Assembly (NCBI RefSeq): GCF_009914755.1 | Contig: NC_060932.1 | Source of the DNA: the human T2T-CHM13v2.0 reference genome, Homo sapiens | Strand: one strand, 5' to 3' | Length of the DNA stretch: 64,000 nucleotides | Shown: one piece after another, positions 1-11,899 of the stretch | Position numbering within the stretch: position 1 is the stretch's first letter | How the letters are laid out: the number at the start of each line of letters is the position of its first letter | The notes under the pieces: model-generated | Seen by the model: only the letters and a program-made list of their open reading frames with translations | What the model was told of the DNA's origin: nothing | Database searches by the model: none | Program-made: the position numbers and the translations under genes

Positions 1-1751
1 CAAATCTTGAGTTTAGCCTAGTGAGAGTCAAGCACCAATAGTTTCTACCTAAGCGAGTTTGGAGTGGCCCCTGCAGTCCTACCCCTCCTCCCTCTCTTCC
101 TCTCTTGACATTGACCTTTGGTGGGCAGTGACGCTCATAAGGGACTGTTGGGTTCAAGGACAGTGACCCTGAGAAACTACTGTTGTTCATAGATAGGTTA
201 GTCGTTTGACTTTGGTGGTCGCCATCTTGTAAACATCATGGCAGAAATGATCAAACCACCAGCTCTTTTTCCCTCTTTCTTTCTTTTTTTTTTCTTTTTT
301 TCTATTTTTTTACGATCCTACAGAGATGGTCCAGCTGCCAGGACTACTTTGGCAGGCAGCGTGCTACAGGACGAAAATGTAAGAGAAGTCTATTAAGGCT
401 GGACAGCCCAGGGTTATTTATACTCTCTCAGCCCCAAGTCCCCCGGACTAAAGACCTAAAGGCTGATTGACTCATTCCTGATTGATTTAATGGAAAGTCT
501 CCCACCCCATCATCATTTGCCAGAGTACCAGGCACCGATGAAAGGGGACGAGTAAAGAACTGCCACTTCCTAATGTATAGTAGGCCTTATCACACTGTAA
601 GTGGTCCAAGCCCATAGGGATGCTCTTTTTGGTTCCTGGAATTTCCAGTTGGATGTGACAGAGATCTTTCAGTATAGGTCTAAGTCAAGAGTAGCCTCTG
701 GGTTGAGGTGGGCTGGGAGATTAACATCTTACCTGGGGTCCTTCAGATAAACCTGTTGGTTTTTCCTGTCTCATACAGGCCCATCTTAAGTTTTGATGTT
801 GAATTAAAACTACTTCTACCCCCTTAGTTATAAAAAAGGCCACAAGGAGCATTTATGTGGATATCTGGAAGTGAGATAGTTATTCCATTCCCAGGAAAAG
901 AAAAATAAAGCTAAGTTACAAAACTAAATCTATATGCAATAAAGTTATTATATACTGCTTTGTTTAAGCAGAGTCCTCTGGAATTTATGTACAGTACATT
1001 AGTTTTCAGCTATTTATATTCCACAGTTAGACCTTAAGATTCTCTGGTTTTAAGACAATTGTTAAAGATACTTTTAAAGCTCTGAGCAGTTACAGTACGT
1101 AAAGATGTTAGCTTTTTGTTTTTCATTAGATGCAAGAAGATGCAGGCTCAAAGTCTGGTTGGACAGCCAGGCTCAAGCAATTTGGTAAATGTGTCGGAAA
1201 GAAAATTAGACATTGGAGGATCAAGACCATAAGACACTAGCTCATTAGAGATCAAGAATTCAAATGTGACATTCATATTCGTCCATGGCCAGCACAGATT
1301 CATAACACGAATTCCATTTAACATCTTTATGAGCATTTAAGACATGCATTTAAATAAAGTTTCCTTATCAGCTAACTCTACTGGGGCAACCGTTCTAAAG
1401 GGATCCACATCTTCAAATTACAATGGCTGGAGAGTTACATGAATGTTTTGTGTTTGGGGGTGGTCTCAGGGGAGCAGGGGAAAAACATGGCAGAGGAAGT
1501 TGGTAAAAGAGGGTACTTTCTCCTGAGGAGAGGCAGAATGGTCACATGGATTTTGTTGGTGGGAATGCTGCCATTGCAGAATGTTGGGATATTGATTACA
1601 GAAGCCTAGTTTCATGCAATTTTCTTTAAGGGGGATAGAAAATAGGAACTACTTTAAAAAAATCAAACCAGGCACAGTACACTCAAAACTGGTGTGTCAA
1701 CACCCCTAAAATGATACTAGTTTGGTGAGGTTGTGAATAACCTCTCCCTGG
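1..1751 (-). other. STC1: STC1 3'UTR (probably continues beyond the window edge)
   Basis: Directly follows the stop codon. No interspersed repeats recognised, AU-rich, and no canonical minus-strand AATAAA seen in this interval. Confidence 0.88.
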
Positions 1752-2027
<276 letters not shown>

Positions 2028-2535
2028 TCAAGAAAGAGAGTGCATATGGTGGTCATCCAGTGAGAGCCCGGCGAGACCCAGGCTTTCACCCGGGCTCTAG
2101 CCAACACGAGTCCCTAATGGCCTGACCATGCAAACATCAATAGTTCATCAGCTAAAGGTGGCTTTTGCTCTCTAACCCTTGTGCCATGTCACCCTAGTTT
2201 CAATGCATCTGCTCCTAGGGTTTACCACACAATGCAAGACAGATCTTCATGTTTAGAGTTGAGGAGATTTAGATCACACTTTGAAGAGCAGGCTGACTGT
2301 GGTGACTGACATTTTTAGAAACAGAATTACAGAGCTAGCTGGGACCACAGAGACCATTTGGTGACTAGTTCAACTCTCATTTTGTAGAGAAGAAACTAAG
2401 GTGGATGAGGTGAAGCAAATTAGAATGAAGTGAGTCCAATGCTCATCACTGAGATTAGTAGCCATTGTACATGCATGTGTAATTATTTTGATGCTTTTTT
2501 GTAATTTTCCTTTTTTTGGTGGTGTGTGGGCACAG

Positions 2536-2561
2536 GTGTGTGTGTGTGTGTGTGTGTGTGT
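2536..2561. repeat. (GT)n microsatellite, intron 3
   Basis: Direct read. Confidence 0.9.
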
Positions 2562-5221
2562 ATGCAGATCTGTGCATCTTCTGATGAAACTTCTGTCTAA
2601 GGCCCCCTCTTCTGTGTGCCATGCATTTTTCTACAAAATCTAATGCCCTTATCACATACTTGGACAGCCCTGATAAAAGATATTGACTGACTCCATCTTC
2701 AGCCCTCCTTCAAAGGTATATTGTAGTCAGAAGGCCAAATCCTAGGCAAGAAGTCTATTTAAATGGAAATATTGGTGGTTTTTAAGGGTTCATGCTACTA
2801 TAATTCATGAATCCTTCTTCTACTATACCAGAGTTTGCTAACCTCTTCCCTTTTTGGATATTTATAGATCTTTGTTTGCCATCACATAGGCCAGCATTTG
2901 ATGGTTTTGTGATGGCTTTCTTTCGCTGACTAGACTGTAAGCTTACTGAAGGCAGGATTTGTGTCCTTCTTTGTATTCCTTATGGCCCGGTGCCATCGTG
3001 CTACATTGCCTGATCACTGCACATTTGTTGATTTATTTTGCAGCCACTAAGGAAATGGAGTTTTAAGAATATAATTCTCTCCAATAAGTAGTGATTCCCA
3101 GAAGAAAACTTATCTGTAGTTTTAGTAAATTTTACCAAAACCCCTTGTGTTTGGTATCAGTTACCTTCATCTTTGCAGCGAATTCTTTAAATACCCCCAA
3201 GCAATGTAGCTAAGCTTTGTGGCTCAGAAAGGATTAAACTGTCTAATATTTAGGGCATATCAATGACTTGTCCTGTTATTTGGGAAGACAGTTCAGGTAT
3301 TATCCAATTTAGACTGGGATGCATTTGGTCCATTTTGTAGTCGCAGTTGAGTTGTCAAAACCCATTACCTCTGTGTTCGCTAATAAGAGACTCAGTGACA
3401 GTGACCTGCAGTATTTACATGGAGAGAACTTTTTCTCAGAGGAGCCCAAGGATCTCTGGGGCCACCAGGTCTTCCGTGAAAAGAAACCTGTTTATTTTTA
3501 ACTCACCAAACAGTGCACAGGATCAAACATCTTTCTAGAATAACTTAATCCCCCAGAGAGGTTATTTCAAAGATGTGTGGTAAATAGCATGGAACGTGGG
3601 TAATGAGGTGATATGGTCACCCTTCTGTGGCCCAGCAGAAGGAAGCTGGGGACTGAGAGGCAAGTGCAGTGTCTTGGTTGCTGACACAGGCCTGGTGAAA
3701 CCCTTCCCTCCAGGGAGAATTATATCCAGCTGTGGTCAAAACTGGGACTCTCTGGCACAGAGGAACATTTTCCAACTCTTTGGAATTACAAAGCACATGA
3801 GTCAAAGGAGATCTCCTTTGGATGGGGAAATGAGGAGAAAACCAGTTTTGGAGAAACATAGAATAAACAACTTTGCACCAGCAGCTTCTGACATCTACAC
3901 ACCCATATAGATCTCCAGGCATCACCTGGCTCTTGGGCTCTGCTAGGACCTGGGTCTTTGGATGGCTGTGTCTATTTCAGAGGGTGATTAGATCCTGGTG
4001 GGTGGTTTCTGATCTCCCATCCCTCCAATAAGGACTTTATAACTTAGAAGTTAACCCTTCCATTTCTAGAAAGAGCTGTTCATGCCAGATGAGTCCCCAG
4101 ATAGGCTGGAAAATACAATCTTTCCCTAGAAAGGGATAAAAAGAAATGCTAGTTCTTCCTTAGAAGGACTTGAAAGCTCTTGTCTGGACAAAGAAGTCTA
4201 GTACCCTTAAGGTAATTAAGCTTCTGCAGCCAGCTTTGCAGCTTCAGGGCCATACATTTCCTTCAGGCCCCACTTTGTCAGAGTGCCTGCTCTTTTTTGG
4301 AGGGTTTCTACCTTTCTACCTTTACTGTTGCTTTGTCTGCTGGCTCAGATATGACACCTGACCTTGGTGTTTCTTGACAGTGACCCTTGCCAGCCTGAGG
4401 GCTCTTAGTGAGAACCACCCACCCCCACTGGAATCTACCCTATTTCCCTCATGGGGCTTTTGTTAACTCAGCAAGGGCAGGCTGAGAAAGCTCTTTAGAA
4501 TATAAAACAAAGTCCATGTCTCCATTAGTAGTTCTTCAAAGGCTGGAAAATTTGTCAGGATTATTTGATGTCACCAGTTTCTCAGTATGAGCAATAGGTT
4601 AACCAGTGCCTGTCCAGTAAGGGCTGGAATAGCCATTTACCTCTGGGATCATGCTTGCCAATGACATAGCCCTTTCCTGTGTCACTAAGTGAGATGGATT
4701 ATTTAAGAGGTTGTGTCTCCAGCAAGAGTTGACTTAGCAATCGTCACCTATTTAGTGAGCACCTTCTTGTGCTATGGTCTTATAGTTCCTATAGCTATTG
4801 GTAGGATGTGTCCATCCTTTTGGGAGAGAAAGGACGCAAATTTAATTGTGGACTACCACGGTGCACATATATTCAATTGTGCTTGGTATTCTATTTTTGG
4901 GTTGTGGCTATTTCCTGCAGATTTTGCTGGCTGCCATTTTTGAAGTAGAAATCAAATAGCTTGGCTCAAGGCCACATGAGTTCTAAGCCCAACTTAGTTA
5001 TTCACAAGCTGTGTGACCTTCAGCAGGTCACTCCACTCTCTGAGCCTTTATTCTTTAATCAGTAAAATGAGGCAGTTAGTCTAGTTAACCTCAGCAGTCA
5101 TCTCCAACTATGACATTCTATGTTTCTAGGGATTCAATACACATTTTTCTTCTCAATTTTACAAAAAATAGAGCAGCTCTGCTTACATCCCCTCCTTTGC
5201 AGTGGTAGTTAGGACTGCTTA

Positions 5222-5544
<323 letters not shown>

Positions 5545-8080
5545 GAAGAAGAAGATTCCTTTCTTTATCTTTATGGAGGATGGAGGAGATGTGTTGGAAA
5601 GACTTGGTGGACTAAGTGTTCTGATCACCCAGCCCGAAAGGACCTTTTTAATTATGTTTCTTTTTTCTCACTTTGAAAATTCCATCCCTGACCTTTTTTT
5701 TTTTGATAAAGAATAAGATCAGATATTCTCCATAGCTACTGTTTCAGCCATGCTTACCCAAATACACACATACTGCCTAGGAACGTTCTGTGTGAGGGTT
5801 TATAAATAGTCCTTTGTTTCCCTTGATCAATATTATTCTTCTGTTTCCTGTTCCCTATCCATGCCCTAGAGAGTTGGAAGCTTTGTCAGTTTTCCCACTC
5901 TGGATCTGGGTTGGTCTAAGTGGTTCCCAAGCCTCGCACCGCCCTGCTGGCCTGATCAATTTTGCCTGCTTCCCACAGGGTTGAAAGCATAGTCTGCAAA
6001 TTCAGGCAGGTGGAAACTCCAGCTACCTCTTTACCCTCTAGGTGCATTTCTGTCATGGAAAATCCCCTTGTTCTGGCTCCTGGTCCAGTCACAGGCTTTT
6101 GGATTCTCCCAGCCCCAAATCTCATGCTAGATAAGTCACAGGAAGGTGGAATGAACCTGTAACTACTTCCTCTTGCAATTCTGTGCCAATTGGCACTGAC
6201 TTAGCGTGTGTCTATGGTGGGATAGAGGCTGGGAAAGCAGGATGTCTCAGGAAGGTGAGCAGCTTCAATGGAGCAAAGCAAGCCCAGCATGGAACCGGAC
6301 ATTTCTACAATCCTGAGCAGGAATAATATAGCCTGTTAAAGTGAAATTTTTGGAGAAAGGTTGCATGGAAGATTCTGGTTTTCAAGGGCTGGCCACATTT
6401 TTTTTTTCTCCAATTGACCTTTCCTAATGAGTCCCTAAGATGAAAGAGGGAGATAAGAAGACTTTCTTTGTGACCATTTTCTAAAGGTGTTGAAAATAAG
6501 GCACTGATTAGAAGAAATAATGGCCTGGTTAAAAATTTACTAGTCTCTTCTTAGATAAATTGGGACCTCTAGTCGAGTAGCTATATAGTTCTGCCTAAAG
6601 ACCTCTCTGCCTTTCTAATGGAAGATGCTACTTCAGATGAAATAGGGAGATTAGTATCGCCTCAAAATTGGAAATATGCCGTATTATAGATCATGATTTG
6701 TCACAGAATCCTTAAGGATCTAAATTGTAATAGTGGCTTTGCTAATGTACCTCTCCCCCCACCCCTAACTACCACACAAACACATACTTTGTCCTTAGCC
6801 CCTGTCTGGCTAAGAATTCTTCATTTCTTTTCCTAATGGTGAAGGAAGTCTCCAATAATTAATCAGATCTCCCCTCCCCACCCTCTGCACCTGTTTCCTC
6901 TGTGCAATAAGAATCTTCCTAGGGGAAATTTAAAACCAAGAGTTATATAGAGACAGCCCACTTGAGAGAAATGGTTGGATTTTTCTGTTCTGAGGAAACC
7001 ATTTAGAACCCCATGATAAAGTCACTTCCAAGGACTAGAGAAGTGATTTTTACAAATTGATTTGTGGTTCTGAAGGGCACTCACCTGTAGTTAAGGGTGA
7101 AAAAGAAATTTTACACAGCGTTTGTGTTAGGCACCTTAGCCTTTCCCTAAGGAGGAACTACTTTTTTGTTGCATGTATGTACATGACTAAATCACTTGTA
7201 AGCCCCAGAGGGACTTGGCTGTTGCCACTGTCTTAAGAAGGGTGGTGGCACCTGGCTAGGAAATTAATCAGATAAGCCTGTGATAACTCTCAGGTGGTCA
7301 GAGTAACATGCAAAGCACTGATCATTGTGGATATGTGCAGATTTGAGTGGAGAGTCAAAGAATCATAGAAATTCAAGGCTGGGAGTCAAGTTTTTAGGCT
7401 GAGGGATATCACAGGGGGCTAAACTTGACCGGTCTGCACTGCCCCTGCCAGACCTCCACGCCAACCCCATTGGCATCTCTTAGTTCTTGCTGGGAACCTT
7501 TCCAGGCCACGCACATGAACTGAGGATGCCAGCTGTCTCATGTAACAGGAATTCACTCCTGGCTGGTAAAAACACTGAAAAGTACAATGCCCAGATGTTA
7601 CTGTACTAGCTCAGTGGCCTTGGGTGGTGTTTGAATACTAAGATGAGAATGGGATCTGGACAGCCATAAAACACACTCATTCTAGGAAATCTTGGGCTAG
7701 AGGAATGGGATAACATAAGGCCTGGAAGGAAACCTGAAAATGGTCCAGTCCAGCCATTTTGCTTTTTACAAAGGAAATCTGAGCCCCAGGGAAGTGAGAT
7801 GGCTTGCTCTGGGCTACCCAGTGAAATCTCTGACTGTGTTTGGGACTGATTTGAAATAGATGGAGACTTAAAATCTGCATTATGACATTTAACCAGAGGG
7901 CTTTTTTTTTTTTTTTTTTTTTTTAATCATGGCCAATTGTGTTGTTGCACGGTCATGGTTTCAGCCAAATCTGATGTCTTAAAAGCTTGTTTCCAGAAAC
8001 TTCACCATTCCCTTCAGGCTTATGGCAAAAAATGGTCAATGAAAGCACCCAGGGATGCTGCAGATGAGGCTGGCTTTCTA

Positions 8081-8596
<516 letters not shown>

Positions 8597-9046
8597 TTAA
8601 GGGGGCTCATCTGGGCAACGTATCATGGCCATCTGCATATCCTTGCAATGAGAAGATTGCATGTCTCGGCTAAGGATTGAAAAAAAAAAAAAGCCCTCTC
8701 CCCATCTCCCTGGATTCCCTTGAGAATTAAGCTCTACCGAAATGAAATTACAGAAAAAAAAGATGAACCGTGATCAACCATTCTGCAGCTTAAAAATAGT
8801 CGTAATCTGACTTCATATTCTTGAGATTGAGACTTTGAGAATTCAGATCAAAAGCTAGTATGCTAGGTCATGCAGAGAGAACTTCCTTGCTCTATGCACG
8901 TTTTTATGTCCTCTTACAGAGGAAAATCTTTTTGGCTTATTACCCCTGGCCTTATAAGACAGCCTCTACTAGCTCCTTAGAATCATGCATTAGAGTGAGT
9001 GGGGCGTGTCTTATACAGAACCTATTTCCTGGCCAGATGAGTGCCT

Positions 9047-9072
9047 CTGTGTGTGTGTGTGTGTGTGTGTGT
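9047..9072. repeat. (TG)n microsatellite, intron 2
   Basis: Direct read. Confidence 0.9.
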
Positions 9073-9220
9073 GCATGCACACACTTGTGCATACACATGC
9101 TGAGATGGGAATTTAGAGTGGGGAAGCTGAGAAGCAGGGCTGGTTCCCTACAAGACTGGTTCCTAAGAACCATGGTCTAACACACTGTTAAAGACAAGCA
9201 GCCAGTGGGAGCAGGGGTCA

Positions 9221-9469
<249 letters not shown>

Positions 9470-10023
9470 TCAGAAGAACTTATCCTAGGAATCTGTCATG
9501 AGGGGCAATTGATAGACCCATTTGATTGAGAAAGAGAGGATAGACAGGCTCCTTTTGTTTATGATTGCTGGAGTACATGATGCACAGGGAGGGAGTTCTC
9601 TGTTTCAGACACACGCTCCCTGTTTCACCATTACCTACAATTTTGGTGTCTGGAGAAGTGAGGCTCAAGTCTGGAAATGCACAGTGCCTTTAAGCCATTC
9701 CATAGAATCAAAGGTCATTGCTTAGCACTTGAAAGCATGGGAAGGAAGGAGACAGTGGCTAGTGGTCAGGTTTAAGAGGTAAAAGGGCCAGGGAATCCAT
9801 CTAGCTTTGGAAAAATGCACTCCCGAGTAAAAAGCATGGGATTTTAGTCTAAATGGCAGAGAAGACTGTGCCAGGAGTCCACTTGGAGACCCTTCTGATT
9901 TCAGGCTTTTAACTTACCGTCATATTGGCAAAAAGAAATCTGATCCGTTCATGTTTCACCCCAACCCTCCACTAGGACAGTGCTTAGAGGTATGCATAAT
10001 CTCTTTCATATTAAAAGCCTTTT

Positions 10024-10027
10024 AAAA

Positions 10028-10059
<32 letters not shown>

Positions 10060-10063
10060 AGAA
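10024..10063. repeat. (AAAG)n tetranucleotide repeat, intron 1
   Basis: Direct read. Confidence 0.9.
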
Positions 10064-11400
10064 ACACAGGTGTGGAATAACCAGGCCAAGGCCTCCCTAT
10101 GCAAGACTGGAAGAAAACCGCAAAAAACTTGCATGAGGCTTTCTACATTCTGGATAAGATCTCCCATAAAAGTAATTTTTCTCCCACAGAAGGGGGGTGT
10201 TCTGGCAGGCAGCTAGGCAAGGAATGATCTGCAGCCTTCATGCCATAGGATTCTCCTCTGAGATCAAAAGCATGGTTCAGTTAGTCTTCCCCACCCCCTC
10301 CCACCACCCGCAGCCTCTAGGATGTTACAAGTCATTTCCCTAATTATATATTTCCACGGGTTTAAATTATAACTTTGCTTTAAGCAGTTTTAATATGCAT
10401 TAGGGCTGCTATTGTTTTAGGCAAGCTCGAATTGTGAATCACTGCATCTCTATAGCAACTAAGTACAAAAGGAAGTGAAGCAAAAGCCCTCCTCTCGGCA
10501 GGGACCTGTGCTCTTCCAAGGGGATCATCATCTGCAGCATTTTGACACCTGTGATCCGGTCTTTGCTGACAGTTGGAGGACAGAGGGCAGTATTGGAAGG
10601 GGAACAAGTGGAGCCAGAGAAGTCAAGAGGCAGAGGTGTCAATGCAGGCTTCCTAATGATTCTTTTCCTTCAGAAGCCAAGATAATGCACAATTAACTGC
10701 TCCAAGAGTCAAGACGAAAGTGAGACCTTACCCTTGGAGAAACAGCTGCTACGTTTCACAATTTTTTTTTTCTAGGGGCTCTCTGGCTACGGGCTGCAGG
10801 GACGACTGAATGGAGCCCTACAGAGCCAGGAGGGAGACAGGCAGCAGGGTTGGGGGTGGGATGTATAGGGTTTTCTCTGAATCCGCCCTGGATTTGTCAG
10901 ACTTGAGGGCTATGGTTCTGAAAATCAGTCTGAAGAGGGAGCTTTTCTGTGTATTCTCTTAGGTAGAGAAGTCAAGAAGTGAAGAGGTAGAGTCTTAAGA
11001 GGAAAGGAAGAGGGACAGCATCAAACAAGCCAGGTCTTACCTTAGATCAGCTTCTGGAAAGTATAGAGAGCGCTTTGAAGCATGCCAACATTCAAGCCTT
11101 TCCTCCCCTCTCACCCCTCCCCCTCCAAGAGGGTACGTGCCAGATTTCAGGCAATCAGGCTAGGCTTATGCAATGAAATACCCTCAGCAGAGCGTCCAGC
11201 TTCTTCGTTTAGTTGCATGCAATTTATTAAACAAAGGAGCTCCACTGCCTAAGGCTATTGGATTACACTGGCAGTTTATTGCCATCAGGCATGAAGCACA
11301 TTTATTATCAAGATCAGCCGTCACAGACACAGTTGCAAAAGGGAGAGGCAAATGAGGACAGCTCTTTGGGGGAGAAACCGCTCTTGGGTTTGCTGCTTAC

Positions 11401-11518
11401 CTGAGTTTTGAGCCGCCACTCGGGATTTCCTGGGGCTCACAGAGTCATTCTGCTCCGCCTCATGGGTTGCAGAAGCACTGATCACCAGCACCAGAAGCAC
11501 TGCTGAGTTTTGGAGCAT
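11401..11518 (-). CDS. STC1: Stanniocalcin-1 coding exon 1 (signal peptide/propeptide, aa 1-39 plus 1 nt)
   Basis: ATG at 11518 (context AGAATGC) encodes [39 protein letters not shown], the recognised STC1 N-terminus. Ends at donor CAG|GTAAGC. 118 nt. Confidence 0.98.
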
Positions 11519-11802
11519 TCTCTGAGAAGTTTCCGCTAAGTTGTTGGGTTTTTTTTTTTTCCTGCCCCCCTTTCCTCTTTCCCTCTCCTGGCTTGAGTGA
11601 AGATGTGGATCTGGATACACTGAAAGCTTAGGTGAGGATTTGATGAGGATTTTTTTTTGTTGTTGTTGCTGGTGATGCTGCTGCTGCCACCGGTGCCTCC
11701 GCTGCTGCTGCTGCTGCCGCCGCTGCTGCTGCTGCTGCCACCGCCGCTGCTGCTGCTGCTGCTGCAGTCGCTGCTTCTTGCACCTCTGGCTTTTGCAAAC
11801 TG
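11519..11802 (-). other. STC1: STC1 5'UTR (TSS estimated near 11802)
   Basis: Lies between the TATA box (about 30 nt upstream of 11802) and the ATG. Contains no upstream ATG. Confidence 0.8.
11678..11764 (-). repeat. Interrupted CAG trinucleotide repeat in the 5'UTR: blocks of 6, 5, 5 and 3 (19 CAG)
   Basis: Counted directly as plus-strand CTG blocks at 11747-64, 11723-37, 11702-16 and 11678-86, separated by CGG/TGG triplets on the gene strand. Confidence 0.95.
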
Positions 11803-11827
11803 GGGGCCCAAGAGCTGCACCCAGGGA

Positions 11828-11899
11828 TTTTATAGCCGTTCTTATCGGTCCTCAGGATCAAGGACCAATCAGGTCCCTCAACTGGTCTGGTGAGCCAAT
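11828..11899 (-). promoter_or_regulatory. STC1 core promoter: TATA box, GATA motif and two inverted CCAAT boxes
   Basis: Minus strand TATAAAA at 11834-11828 and GATAAG at 11846-11841. CCAAT on the plus strand at 11865-69 and 11895-99, 30 bp apart. Confidence 0.8.
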
